Numbered from the stretch's first letter, positions 46,372 to 56,762 are shown. The stretch is DNA of 64,000 nt from Gemmatimonadota bacterium (GCA_039588055.1 JBDHAN010000001.1:26014-90013), one strand, 5' to 3'. The notes: a model not told the origin generated them from the sequence alone. Made by a program: numbers and translations.

Positions 46372-46658
46372 CTCTCTTCTGCCCACCCCACACCACACCA
46401 CCGCAGCAGGAGCAGCACGCCCGACCGCGAGCACCCAACCACCTGACAAGCGGCATTTGCTGAAGGCTCATGGCTGAGAGTTGACGCTACGTGCGGCAGG
46501 GCGGCAGAAGTGGGAGGGCGGCGGCTGAGGACTGAAAACTGTCAACCGATTACTACTCGCTTTCGACACCCTCCCATAGCCTCTCGTCTCGTAGTAAGAT
46601 CTCCGGTACGCTACGAAACCGTGCCTCGGATCGTCCGTAGGGCCACTCGGGAGACGTT

Positions 46659-47057
46659 ATGGATACCAGCGACATTTCTGACCGCTCGCGCGGTCTCGCG
46701 CTCGTGTTGGCCGGCCCACTCGGGTGGTGCGGAGGCCACCGTTTCTACGCGGGCAAACCCGTGACCGGTGTCCTGATGCTGCTGACGGCAGGTGGGCTGG
46801 GATTGTGGTGGCTCTACGACGTGATCATCCTCGCGGCGGGCGCGTTCCGCGACGATGAGGGCAAACGACTGGTCCGCTGGTGGGAAACGAGCCCGCCTCC
46901 AGGCTTGAACAGTCAAATGGCACAGCAGCTCGATCTGGTGCTCGAAGAGCTCGACGTGCTGCGCGTGGAGATGGGCGACCTGGGTGAGCGGGTGGATTTC
47001 ATGGAGCGCGTCGTGACACGAGCCAAGGAGCGTAACGCCCTCCCGCCGCCTGAGTAG
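46659..47057 (+). CDS. TM2 domain-containing membrane protein with a C-terminal coiled coil
   Basis: LALVLAGPLGWCGGHRFYAGK...GLGLWWLYDVIIL is the TM2 signature. The C-terminus is helical (LDLVLEELDVLRVEMGDLGERVDFMERV). Confidence 0.75.
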   Translation: MDTSDISDRSRGLALVLAGPLGWCGGHRFYAGKPVTGVLMLLTAGGLGLWWLYDVIILAAGAFRDDEGKRLVRWWETSPPPGLNSQMAQQLDLVLEELDVLRVEMGDLGERVDFMERVVTRAKERNALPPPE

Positions 47058-47162
47058 GAGAGGGACAGAGGGGGCAGGAGGGGCGAGGGGCAGAACGCCC
47101 ACCCACTAACCGCCTCGCCACACCGGTTGACTCCACCACAGCGGGAGGCTATTGCAAGGGGC

Positions 47163-48281
47163 ATGCTGAGGCCGTTCCACGTCCCGACCCCACCTTCTGC
47201 AGGAAGATCTTCCCACGAAATCGAGTTCGAACGATTGCTTCGGCGGGTGCGCCTGGCGTTCGGTGCCCTGGTGCTCGTGACTGCGGTCGGCGTGCTCGGC
47301 TTCGTGATCATCGGCGGGAGCGGCTACGGGATCATCGACGCGATTTACATGACGGTGATCACCCTCACCACCGTTGGGTTTGGAGAGATCATCGACATGT
47401 CGCAGAACCCGGCCGGCCGCGCATTCACGGTCGTGCTCGTCCTCGTGGGCATGGGGATCGTCGCCTACACCGTTCCCATGCTCGCCGCACTGATGATCGA
47501 GGGGCAGCTTCACAACATTTTTGCGAGGCGCAGGATGCAGAAGACGATCGGCAAGATGTCGGAGCACTACATCGTCTGTGGCGACACCACGGCGACGTGG
47601 CATGTCGCGGAGGAGTTGACCCGAACACAACGCGATGTCGTCGTCGTTGCTCCGACCCAAGAGTCGCTTGGAGACGTGCAAACGCGGGTCGGTGAAATCC
47701 CATCGGTGATAGGCGACCCTTCGGACGACCAAATACTCCGTTCCGCGGGGGTCGAGCGGGCCGCCGGGCTCGTGTTCTCGATGGGAAGCGACAAGGACAA
47801 CGTCATCGGGGTGTTGACCGCGCGGCGACTGGCCCCGGATGCCCGTATCGTCGGCGCCACAGAGGAACCCGAGACCGAGGCAAAACTCAGAACCGTCGGG
47901 GCGGACGCGGTTGTAAGCCCGAGCCGTATCGGCGGCCTTCGCATGGCATCGGAACTGGTGCGACCAGCGGTCGTGACCTTCTTAGACAAGATGCTGCGCC
48001 AGAAAGGGGGGACGCTCCGCGTCGAGGAGGTCACGATTCCCGCCGACGCCGACATGGGCGACCGCACGCTCGGATCGCTCCGAATCGAGGACATCCCTGG
48101 AGCGCTGCTCGTGGCCGTACGGCTTCCCAAGACCGGCGAGTTCGAATTCAAGCCGGTGCTGTCGACGCCCCTGCAGGCCGGAATGACGATTGTCGTGATG
48201 GCGGATGCGGACGGACTCGAACGCCTTCGGTCACGGTTCCGCAGCGCCACCGGCGCCTATCTCAAGATCGACGAATCGTAG
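47163..48281 (+). CDS. Potassium channel with RCK (TrkA-N / TrkA-C) domains, paralog of 2270..3310
   Basis: Filter-like TLTTVGFGE, then IVCGDTTATW (degenerate Rossmann) and TrkA-C. The start is uncertain: ATG 47163 or TTG 47127. Confidence 0.8.
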   Translation: MLRPFHVPTPPSAGRSSHEIEFERLLRRVRLAFGALVLVTAVGVLGFVIIGGSGYGIIDAIYMTVITLTTVGFGEIIDMSQNPAGRAFTVVLVLVGMGIVAYTVPMLAALMIEGQLHNIFARRRMQKTIGKMSEHYIVCGDTTATWHVAEELTRTQRDVVVVAPTQESLGDVQTRVGEIPSVIGDPSDDQILRSAGVERAAGLVFSMGSDKDNVIGVLTARRLAPDARIVGATEEPETEAKLRTVGADAVVSPSRIGGLRMASELVRPAVVTFLDKMLRQKGGTLRVEEVTIPADADMGDRTLGSLRIEDIPGALLVAVRLPKTGEFEFKPVLSTPLQAGMTIVVMADADGLERLRSRFRSATGAYLKIDES

Positions 48282-48297
48282 GCACCACCTTCCGTCC

Positions 48298-50796
48298 ATG
48301 AGCCACGGTCATCTGATCAGCGGGGTCGTCGGGGTCGTCGCCCTCCTCCTGGTAGCTGCGGCCGCCGCCATTGGGTTCAAGCGCACGAGCTTGCCGTATA
48401 CGGTGGGCCTGGTGCTAGTGGGTCTGGCGCTCGGCGCGATCAGTGACCGAGTCGACGCCCTGGGACCGCTGGAGCAGCTGACGCTCTCACCCGAGATCAT
48501 CTTGTTTGTCTTTCTACCGACCCTGATCTTCGAGTCGGCGTTCAACCTCGACAGCAGACTCCTCTCGCGAAATCTGGTCCCGGTGCTCGCGCTCGCGGCC
48601 CCCGGGCTCCTCATCTCCACGGTCATTGTCGGCTCACTGCTCGCGTGGCTCACGCCACTCGGATTCGGGCCCGCACTGCTCTTTGGCGCCCTGATTTCCG
48701 CGACTGACCCCGTGGCCGTGATCGCGCTGTTCAGGGAGGTTGGCGCCCCGAAGCGCCTGGCGATTCTGGTCGAGGGTGAGAGTCTCTTCAATGACGCCAC
48801 AGCCATTGTTCTGTTCCGGATCATTCTCGGCGTACTCATTGGGGGAGTGGCCTTTGGCGCGGCAACCGTCGGACGCGGTATCCTCGAGTTCTTCGTTGTC
48901 TTCGTGGGCGGTCTGACTGTCGGTGCTTTGATCGGCTACTTGATGATCCGGACGATCGCCCTGGCTGATGACGAGCCGCTGGTGGAGGTAGCGCTCTCGA
49001 CGGTGGTGGCATACGCCGCATTCATCGTGGCGGATCACTACCTGGAGGTATCGGGGGTCATGGCAACGGTCGGCGCCGGGCTGGTCGTTGGCACGCTTGG
49101 CTCAACCCGGTTCACTCCCGCGGTACGCGCCTACCTGCACCAGTTCTGGGAATACGCGGCGTTTGTCGCGAACAGCCTGATCTTCCTCATGGTAGGCATC
49201 TCGGTCAGCCTCGGTGGGTTGGTAGAGTTTCTCGGTCCCATAGGCTGGGCCATCGTGGCCATCATGATTGCCCGCATCATCACTGTCTTTGGGCTGATCC
49301 CCGTAGTGGGTCGCTTGCCCGGTGCGGAGCCCATCGATTGGCGGGTGAAGAGCGTGCTCTTTTGGGGTGGGCTGCGGGGCGCCGTTGCGCTCGCCCTGGT
49401 GTTGAGCCTGCCAACCGACTTCGTCCAGCGCGACCTCCTGGTGAGCCTGGCGGTGGGAGTTGTGCTGTTCACGTTGCTGAGTGGCGGCATGACCATGGGA
49501 CCACTGATCCGCCGGCTTGGTCTTAATCGGCCGTCGCTGTTCGAACGGGTCGCTCACGCGCAGGCGTCGTTGGCGGCAAAGGGCGAAGCGCTGCGCCGGA
49601 TAGCAGACCTCGGTGTCTCACAGCACTTCTCCAACCGCCTCGTGACGGACCTCGAGCACAGCTACCAAGACCACGTTGCAGAGGTCGAGCGGCAGCTCGA
49701 CACGTTGCGCGAGGAATGCACGTCGATGGAGATGCGCCGGGTCGTGTGGTCCGAGGCGTTGAGTACCGAGCGCAACGTCTATCGCGAGCTCTTCGATCAC
49801 GGACTCATATCCGAGCCTGTGCTGCGCGAACTCGAACTGTCCGTGGACTTGCGTCGTGACCGACTGAAGCGTGACGACGTCCAACAGGACGTTCCGGCGG
49901 CGCGTCCAATCGAGGTGCGGATCGCGTCACGATTCATGGCTCTGCTCGAGCGTGTTGCACCGAAGAGCCGTGCCGTGCGGCGGCACCGGATGCGCGCGCT
50001 GGCGGCGGAGTATGAGTTCGATACGGCCGTTCTCGCCGCCAGCACACGGGCCGGCCAGGTCGTCAAAGATCTTGCGGAGCTGGGAGGGGCAAGCACCGAA
50101 CTCGTTGAAGAATGCCGTGCATGGTATCGTCAGCGCGGCGAATCAGCGATTCAACGAATCGATACGGTCGCCGAACACTTTCCCGAGTATGTGCATGCCG
50201 TCCAGCGGCACACAGCTCGTCGCATTGCATTGGATGGCGAAGCCGCCGCCATCGAGCGGCTGGCGGCCGGAGGCGGCATCCCCGAAACGGTCGCGCGCGA
50301 GGCACGCCGCACCGTTGAGCGAGAACAACGTCGTCTCATGCGACAACCCGTGACGGCACTCGAGCCGCGCCCTGAGGAGCTGCTCGCTAAAGTCCCCTTT
50401 TTCCAGGACATCGATCCTGACGATTTTCAGCGCGTGGTCGACGCACTCGTTCCCCGTACCGTCCTCGCCGGAGAGTCGGTCGTGCGGCAGGGCGAAAAGG
50501 GCACGTCCCTGTTTCTCATCGCCCGGGGTGTGGTCGCCGTGATCGTGGCGGCGCCGGGCGCGCCACCCAAACGGGTCGCGTCACTCCACGCCGGCGAGTT
50601 CTTCGGAGAGATGGCGCTGCTCACCCAGGAGGCCCGTTCCGCCACCGTCACGGCCGTCACGGGCTGTCAGATGTTCGAGCTCTCGAGCAAGGATGTCGAT
50701 GCACTCTGTGAAGTATCGCCTGGCGTGCGCGACGCGTTGGTCAACGCCTACGAGGAGCGCCGAAAGGGCGGCATCAGGCCGTCATTGGCCAGCTAG
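48298..50796 (+). CDS. CPA1-family Na+(K+)/H+ exchanger fused to a long helical linker and a C-terminal cyclic-nucleotide-binding domain
   Basis: The N-terminal ~420 aa is a polytopic NhaP-like domain (ISATDPVAV, EGESLFNDATAIVLF, WGGLRGAVALAL). The C-terminal CNBD has GEKGTSLFLIARG...GEFFGEMALL...RSATV. Confidence 0.85.
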   Translation: MSHGHLISGVVGVVALLLVAAAAAIGFKRTSLPYTVGLVLVGLALGAISDRVDALGPLEQLTLSPEIILFVFLPTLIFESAFNLDSRLLSRNLVPVLALAAPGLLISTVIVGSLLAWLTPLGFGPALLFGALISATDPVAVIALFREVGAPKRLAILVEGESLFNDATAIVLFRIILGVLIGGVAFGAATVGRGILEFFVVFVGGLTVGALIGYLMIRTIALADDEPLVEVALSTVVAYAAFIVADHYLEVSGVMATVGAGLVVGTLGSTRFTPAVRAYLHQFWEYAAFVANSLIFLMVGISVSLGGLVEFLGPIGWAIVAIMIARIITVFGLIPVVGRLPGAEPIDWRVKSVLFWGGLRGAVALALVLSLPTDFVQRDLLVSLAVGVVLFTLLSGGMTMGPLIRRLGLNRPSLFERVAHAQASLAAKGEALRRIADLGVSQHFSNRLVTDLEHSYQDHVAEVERQLDTLREECTSMEMRRVVWSEALSTERNVYRELFDHGLISEPVLRELELSVDLRRDRLKRDDVQQDVPAARPIEVRIASRFMALLERVAPKSRAVRRHRMRALAAEYEFDTAVLAASTRAGQVVKDLAELGGASTELVEECRAWYRQRGESAIQRIDTVAEHFPEYVHAVQRHTARRIALDGEAAAIERLAAGGGIPETVAREARRTVEREQRRLMRQPVTALEPRPEELLAKVPFFQDIDPDDFQRVVDALVPRTVLAGESVVRQGEKGTSLFLIARGVVAVIVAAPGAPPKRVASLHAGEFFGEMALLTQEARSATVTAVTGCQMFELSSKDVDALCEVSPGVRDALVNAYEERRKGGIRPSLAS

Positions 50797-50808
50797 GGAA
50801 CGGAAGCT

Positions 50809-51459
50809 CTACAGCCCGCCGAGCGCCCTCCAGCGAAAACACCCCACGAGGTGATCATTGACCATCCCGGCGGCCTGCATGAAGGCATAGCAGATCGTGG
50901 ACCCCACAAACGAAAAGCCGTCAGCGCGGAGCGCACGACTCATCGCATCCGACGTCGGCGTCTTTGCCGGTAGCCTGTCCTGAGTGGGCCAGCGGTTCTG
51001 CTGCGGGGTGCCGTCCACAAACTGCCAGATGTATGTGTCGAACGACCCATGGCGCTCTTGCACATCGAGGAACGCCCGGGCGTTTCGCACTGTTGCTTCG
51101 ATCTTCTGGCGATTGCGAATGATGCTCGGATCCAGACGCAGCTGTTCGACGCGGTCCGCGGAGAAGTCGGCGACGTCATCGGGACTGAAGCCGGCGAACG
51201 CCCGACGGAACCCCTCTCGCTTCTTGAGAACGATCGCCCAACTGAGGCCGGCTTGAAACGCATCGAGCACGAGGTATTCGAACAGCTTGCGGTCGTCGTG
51301 CGCCGGCACGCCCCACTCGCGATCGTGATACTCGATCATGCGTGTCGAGGACAGGCACCACGGGCACCTGAGCTGGGCGTCGCCGGCGCGTTCACTCGTG
51401 ATGGGCTCGAGAACCGGTCGCGCCACCTCGCGCTTGGGTTTCTTCGGTGCGTGCCCCAT
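50809..51459 (-). CDS. tag: DNA-3-methyladenine glycosylase I
   Basis: RCPWC...YHDREWGVP..DDRKLFEYLVLDAFQAGLSW... is characteristic of Tag, including the zinc-snap Cys/His residues. Confidence 0.9.
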   Translation of the reverse strand: MGHAPKKPKREVARPVLEPITSERAGDAQLRCPWCLSSTRMIEYHDREWGVPAHDDRKLFEYLVLDAFQAGLSWAIVLKKREGFRRAFAGFSPDDVADFSADRVEQLRLDPSIIRNRQKIEATVRNARAFLDVQERHGSFDTYIWQFVDGTPQQNRWPTQDRLPAKTPTSDAMSRALRADGFSFVGSTICYAFMQAAGMVNDHLVGCFRWRALGGL

Positions 51460-51497
51460 GGCTCAGCGTCGTGCGATGGGTGAAAGGGGTTGCCGGC

Positions 51498-52163
51498 TCA
51501 CGCGTCCATCCACTCGACCAGGGTTGTGAGATCCGGTACTTCGGCCGTCGGACGGGCGGTACCGGTGGATTGCTCGCCGTTCCGATTCACCCATACGACA
51601 CGGACACCGAATGCACACGCGGGTTCCACGTCGTGAAAATAGCTCTGCGCCACATGCAGCCATCGACGATGTCCGACGATCTCACGCGCACGCTCGAAGT
51701 GGCCGATCGCCGGCTTGTACGAGCGAATCTGCTGGGCGGTGACGTGGAATTCGAAGTCAATGGTGAAGTGTTGCCGCGTCCCGGCCAAGAGATCGTCGTC
51801 GACGTTTGAAAGGATACCCAGCGCGATCCCCTTCGCTGCCAGGGCTTCGAGTGCCGCATTGGTGTCCGGGAACGGAGGCCAACTTGGCAGGCTGTCTGGA
51901 AGAAACGCCGCCTGATCTCGTGATATCCGCCACCCAAAGCGCCGCGCCGTCTCAGTCGCAGCAGCGGTGAGCACAGCACGGTACGGCTGAAACCGACCGG
52001 CCTGCACCTGGGGTTCGACGGCAGCGTAGGTCTCGAGCACTGCTTCCCGATCCAGCGTCACTCCCTGCGCCCCCGCTGCCCGCAAAAACGCCTCGGCGAT
52101 CCCGGTTTCCCAGTCGATTAGCGTGCCGTAGCAGTCGAATGTGAGAACGTCGATCGCTGGCAC
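51498..52163 (-). CDS. HAD-superfamily hydrolase (haloacid dehalogenase type II-like)
   Basis: The GTG start overlaps the upstream stop (TAGTG). Motifs: motif I LTFDCYGTLIDWE, motif II ILSN, motif III/IV YKP...HVAQSYFHD. Confidence 0.8.
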   Translation of the reverse strand: MPAIDVLTFDCYGTLIDWETGIAEAFLRAAGAQGVTLDREAVLETYAAVEPQVQAGRFQPYRAVLTAAATETARRFGWRISRDQAAFLPDSLPSWPPFPDTNAALEALAAKGIALGILSNVDDDLLAGTRQHFTIDFEFHVTAQQIRSYKPAIGHFERAREIVGHRRWLHVAQSYFHDVEPACAFGVRVVWVNRNGEQSTGTARPTAEVPDLTTLVEWMDA

Positions 52164-54883
52164 TACAGCTCAGACAGCTGGGTTGCCAACAGATCGGCTG
52201 CTCGATCGGCGCTCACTGGTTCGGAGAAGAGAAAGCCCTGGCCGTGTTCGCATTCCAGGTTCCGCAGGCTCTCGAGCTGTTGTGACGTTTCGACGCCCTC
52301 GGCAATCACATTGATCCCGAGATCGCGGGCCAGCCGGATGATTGCCTCAACGACCACGGTTCGCTCACCCGCGGAGCCAAGGCTGTTGATGAACGACCGA
52401 TCGATCTTGAGCGTGTCGATGTGCAGGCGATTCAAGTACGACAGTGACGAATAGCCGGTCCCGAAATCGTCGATCTGCACTTGCACACCCAGATCGTTGA
52501 GCCTCTGTACAACGGACGTGCTGTAGTCGGGATCGTCCATGAGCACTGTCTCGGTCACTTCCAACCGCAGCCGCTCAGGATGGATCTTGGACTGCGTGAG
52601 GATCTCTGACACTTCGTTCACGAGATCGGCCTGCTGCAACTGCTTGCCCGACAGGTTGACACTGATGCTGAGGTCCGGGTGGTTCGGGAACCGATCTTCC
52701 CAGTGCGACAGCTGGCGGCATGCTTCCTCGAGCACCCATCGCCCGAGCGGCACGATCACGCCCGTTTCCTCGGCGATGGGAATGAACTCGATGGGTGGCA
52801 CCAGGCCTCGCTCCGGATGCTCCCAACGGATGAGCGCCTCGAAGCCCGTGATGTTCGTGGAGCCAAGCGAGACCACCGGCAGGTAGACGAGACGGAATTC
52901 TTCGCGCTCGATGGCGGCACGGAGGTCGCTTTCGAGCTCGAGCACCCGCATGGCCCGCTCGTGCATCGCTTTGTCGAACACCTCGAAGCGGGCGCGGCCG
53001 CGAGACTTGGCGCGGTACATTGCTGTGTCCGCATCGCGTAGAAGGTGCTCCGGACCGTCGGTGTAATCCTCGCTCGTCGCAATCCCGATGCTTGCACTGG
53101 CGAACACACGGTGTCCGTTGAGGTTGAACGGCGGCTTGAGCTCTTCCTGCACGCGCTCGGCAACGCGCATCGCGTCGTTGGCATCGGCGATCGCGTCGAC
53201 CAAGATGCAGAACTCGTCGCCCGCCAGGCGGGCTACGACGTCACCGGGACGGAGGCACCGCTCCAACCGCTCCGCGACTCCCACCAGCAGCTGATCGCCG
53301 GTGTCGTGGCCGAGGCTGTCGTTTACCAGCTTGAACCGGTCGAGATCCAGGAACAGCACGGCGAACCGGTAATCGCTCCGACGCCGAATCCGCCGAACGG
53401 ACCGCTCGAGCAGATTGGTGAAGAACGCACGGTTCGGGAGCGCCGTCAGTGGATCGTAGAGCGCATCACGTGCCAGCTGCTCTTCCACACGCTTCCGAGA
53501 CGATATGTCCGTGAGGGAGCCCGCCATTCGTTGCGGCTGTCCACCGGCGTCACGCACCGCGATACCACGCATGAGTACCCAACGAAACGAGCTGTCCTTG
53601 TGGCGGACTCGATGCTCGTTCTCGAACTGCTCCGTCTTTCCCTGGAAGTGTGAGTCAAGCTCTGCTTGAACCCGCTCGATGTCCTCATTATGCACTCGTC
53701 TCAGCCACGCATCGATGGAGTTGGGCAGATCGGCAGGCTCGAACCCGAGAATCGCCTTCCACCGATCGGAGAAATACGCCCGCTCGGCTTGCACTTCCCA
53801 GTCCCACAGGCCGTCGTTCGCTCCGCGTGCTGCGAGCGCATACCGCTCCTCGCTCTGACGCAGGGCCTGTTCGGCCTCCTTGCGGCGAGTAATGTCTTCG
53901 CATGTCGTGACCATGCCGATCACGCTACCCTGCGCGTCACGGACAACGTCCGACATCAGGTTGACTGGAAAGACCGTGCCGTCCCGCCGTTTGTTGATAG
54001 CCTCGCGCCGCCAGCTCGACGCTCGCTCGAGTTGCCCAGTGGCAATGCCGGGTGTCTGGGGATCCGCCGCAAAGATCCGGACGTCCTTGCCGAGCAGTTC
54101 GTCGACTGTCCACCCGTGCATGGTCGCTTCCGCCGGATTCGTGTACACGATCTTGCCCTCGGCGTTTGTCACCGTCACACCCAGCTGTGTGGTCTCAACA
54201 GCTTTCTCGAGACGCCGCAGCTCGCGCTCGAGACGCTTTCGTTCCGTGATGTCGCGGTAGCTGGCAAACACCGCGATCTGCCCGGTCGCGTCCTGCACAG
54301 GCGCACCGACGATCGCAACCTCGACTGAGATGCCGTTCTTTTTTTGGCGCACTGCCTCGACACTCACGCGCTCGCCCGAGGCAACCCGCTGGGCGAGGCT
54401 GCGGGAGCTCTCGGCGAACTCCGGTGGCGTGAGGAGTGCGTCGACCTCGCGTCCCAATGTCTCCTCGGGCTCATAGCCAAACAGCTCGGTGAACGGGTGA
54501 TTGATGCGTCGGATGTGCCCCTCCCTGTCGATCAACGCGATCGCCTCGGGAGAGCTCTCCATGAGCTCTGCGAGATAGGCGCGCTCGGCACCAAAGGCCT
54601 GTTGCACCCGGCTCTGCTCGGATGCCACCCGGCTGAACAGAAGGACCGTGAGTGCTACAGCAACCGCCGTCCCGAAGGCCGGGAGGTCCACCGATTCAAA
54701 CGGGGCAACGATCGACCACGATTCGAGCTGCATCGCGAGGACAAGCAGAATCCCCAGGGACAGGAGCGCCAGGAACCCCGCGAACAGCTGCAGATAGAGC
54801 CCCGAGTACCTGACGGCAAGCACCGCTGCCCACACGGCGCTCGCGAGGAGGATCAGCAGTGAGAGCAGTACCAGTAGTGTCAT
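52163..54883 (-). CDS. Membrane-anchored PAS-PAS-PAS-GGDEF-EAL signalling protein (c-di-GMP turnover)
   Basis: It has N-terminal TM helices and three PAS blocks. The GGDEF domain has the variant motif RLAGDEF, preceded by RPGD (I-site-like). The EAL domain has EALIRW, QIDDFGTGYSS and EGVE. Start at ATG 54883; the track ORF extends further upstream without support. Confidence 0.9.
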   Translation of the reverse strand: MTLLVLLSLLILLASAVWAAVLAVRYSGLYLQLFAGFLALLSLGILLVLAMQLESWSIVAPFESVDLPAFGTAVAVALTVLLFSRVASEQSRVQQAFGAERAYLAELMESSPEAIALIDREGHIRRINHPFTELFGYEPEETLGREVDALLTPPEFAESSRSLAQRVASGERVSVEAVRQKKNGISVEVAIVGAPVQDATGQIAVFASYRDITERKRLERELRRLEKAVETTQLGVTVTNAEGKIVYTNPAEATMHGWTVDELLGKDVRIFAADPQTPGIATGQLERASSWRREAINKRRDGTVFPVNLMSDVVRDAQGSVIGMVTTCEDITRRKEAEQALRQSEERYALAARGANDGLWDWEVQAERAYFSDRWKAILGFEPADLPNSIDAWLRRVHNEDIERVQAELDSHFQGKTEQFENEHRVRHKDSSFRWVLMRGIAVRDAGGQPQRMAGSLTDISSRKRVEEQLARDALYDPLTALPNRAFFTNLLERSVRRIRRRSDYRFAVLFLDLDRFKLVNDSLGHDTGDQLLVGVAERLERCLRPGDVVARLAGDEFCILVDAIADANDAMRVAERVQEELKPPFNLNGHRVFASASIGIATSEDYTDGPEHLLRDADTAMYRAKSRGRARFEVFDKAMHERAMRVLELESDLRAAIEREEFRLVYLPVVSLGSTNITGFEALIRWEHPERGLVPPIEFIPIAEETGVIVPLGRWVLEEACRQLSHWEDRFPNHPDLSISVNLSGKQLQQADLVNEVSEILTQSKIHPERLRLEVTETVLMDDPDYSTSVVQRLNDLGVQVQIDDFGTGYSSLSYLNRLHIDTLKIDRSFINSLGSAGERTVVVEAIIRLARDLGINVIAEGVETSQQLESLRNLECEHGQGFLFSEPVSADRAADLLATQLSEL

Positions 54884-55058
54884 GCCTAGTCTCTTAAACT
54901 CCCGGGCGTAGGATCGCCGAACGCCGCAATTTGGGGAATGCCGGTCGGATATGCAAAGCCCCACGGGTTTCCCCGATATGGACGCGCCCGAATCCTCGAT
55001 TATGATCTCTACAGAGAGGACGAACACTGCCCACTTCATGGCTGGGAGGGGAGGAACC

Positions 55059-55727
55059 ATGGGTATCACGCTCACGTTCTTCGGACACGCCGGATTCCTG
55101 CTGGACGATGGCTCGCACCAGGTGGCCATCGACCCGTTCCTCACGGGCAACCCCGTCGCAACCCTGACGCCCAACGACGTGACCTGCCAGTCCATCGTGC
55201 TGACGCACGGTCATGCGGACCATTTCGGGGACACTGTTGCGATCGCCAAGGCGAACGGGGCGACGGTCTTTGCAGCGTTCGAGATCGCGGAGTATCTCGG
55301 TGAGCAGGGTGTCACCTGCGAGCCCGGGAACCCCGGAGGAAAGATCGATGCGCCCTTTGGCTGGGTCGCATTCACGCAGGCGTTCCACTCATCGTCGTAC
55401 AACGGTCGCTACATGGGACTGCCATGCGGAGCCGTCGTACATCTCGGAGGCATCACGATCTATCACCTAGGAGACACGTCACTGTTCAGCGACATGAAAC
55501 TCCTGGGAGAGATCTACAAGCCGGACATCGCTCTCATTCCCGTGGGCGACCGCTTCACGATGGGACCAGAACTTGCAACCCGGGCCGCTGAAATGATCCG
55601 GCCCAAGGTCGCAATCCCAATCCATTACAAGACGTGGCCACTCCTGAAGCAGGATACGACGGGGTTCGAGCCGCGAGTCGTCGACGTGAAGGTCATGGAG
55701 CCCGGGGAGTCGTGGAGCTACACGTAG
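55059..55727 (+). CDS. UPF0173-type metallo-beta-lactamase-fold hydrolase
   Basis: MGITLTFFGHAGFLLD, LTHGHADHFGD and IPIHYKTWP. GGAGG precedes ATG 55059. Confidence 0.85.
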   Translation: MGITLTFFGHAGFLLDDGSHQVAIDPFLTGNPVATLTPNDVTCQSIVLTHGHADHFGDTVAIAKANGATVFAAFEIAEYLGEQGVTCEPGNPGGKIDAPFGWVAFTQAFHSSSYNGRYMGLPCGAVVHLGGITIYHLGDTSLFSDMKLLGEIYKPDIALIPVGDRFTMGPELATRAAEMIRPKVAIPIHYKTWPLLKQDTTGFEPRVVDVKVMEPGESWSYT

Positions 55728-55744
55728 TCAACAGGCTCTCATGA

Positions 55745-56704
55745 GTGCCTGGAGGATTGGCGGCCGCCCTGTTGGCGCTGGACGGCCGCGAGACCGCTGA
55801 CGTGCCTCTTTCCGTCGTCTGGCACCAGGACTACGAGGTAGACATCGGACCGCACGTCTTCCCGACGGCTAAGTATCGGCTTGTCCGCGCGCAGCTGCTG
55901 GACGAGCAGCTCCTGGCACCTGATGACCTCGTCCCCCCTTCACCAGCGACGGATGACGACGTGCGGCTCGTGCACACTGGCGCCTACGTCGAGAAGATTC
56001 TAACGGGCAGTCTCTCCGTCGCTGAGCAACTCATGTTGGAAGTTCCCTTTTCGTCGGAGTTGCGCGAAGCCATGTGGCTGTGCGCGGGCGGCTCGATCAG
56101 CACCGCGCGCCTCGCGATCGAGCACACGATCGCCGTGCACCTGGGCGGTGGATTCCACCATGCCTTCCCTGATCACGGCGAGGGGTTCTGCCTGATCAAC
56201 GATGTGGCGATCGCAATTCGTGCCCTCCGCCGCGACGGCGCGCTCGAGCGAGTCTTGGTCGTCGACTGCGACGTCCACCATGGAAACGGTACGGCGCAGG
56301 CGTTCGCTGACGACTCCGCAGTGTTCACCATGTCCATGCACCAAGAAGCCAACTACCCGGCGTGGAAGCCGCCGAGTGACCTCGATCTTGGCCTGTCGGA
56401 CGGCACGGGAGACGTCGAATACCTGCAGCTCCTGAGCGAGCACCTGCCCCGAATCGTGCGCGAGCACTCGCCCGACCTCACGTTCTATCTGGCGGGGGCA
56501 GACCCGTACGCCGAGGATCAGCTAGGCGGTCTCGCCATGACAATCCGCGGTTTGCGTCGACGCGACGATTTCGTGTTCGAAACCCTCCACCAGGCGAACG
56601 TGCCGATTGCAGTCGTGCTTGCCGGCGGATACGCCCGCCGTCAGGACGACACCGTGGAGATCCACTGCAATACGGTGCGGGCTGCAGAGGCCCTAAGACA
56701 CTGA
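55745..56704 (+). CDS. Histone deacetylase-family (acetylpolyamine/acetoin-utilisation type) deacetylase
   Basis: GGGFHHAFPDHGEGFCLINDVA, VVDCDVHHGNGT and GADPYAEDQLG. The start is ambiguous: GTG 55745 or GTG 55802. Confidence 0.85.
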   Translation: MPGGLAAALLALDGRETADVPLSVVWHQDYEVDIGPHVFPTAKYRLVRAQLLDEQLLAPDDLVPPSPATDDDVRLVHTGAYVEKILTGSLSVAEQLMLEVPFSSELREAMWLCAGGSISTARLAIEHTIAVHLGGGFHHAFPDHGEGFCLINDVAIAIRALRRDGALERVLVVDCDVHHGNGTAQAFADDSAVFTMSMHQEANYPAWKPPSDLDLGLSDGTGDVEYLQLLSEHLPRIVREHSPDLTFYLAGADPYAEDQLGGLAMTIRGLRRRDDFVFETLHQANVPIAVVLAGGYARRQDDTVEIHCNTVRAAEALRH

Positions 56705-56762
56705 GGCGGCCCCCCCGAGGGGGCCGCCTCACGTCATGAATGGTCCGCCAGCCACTCGAGGC

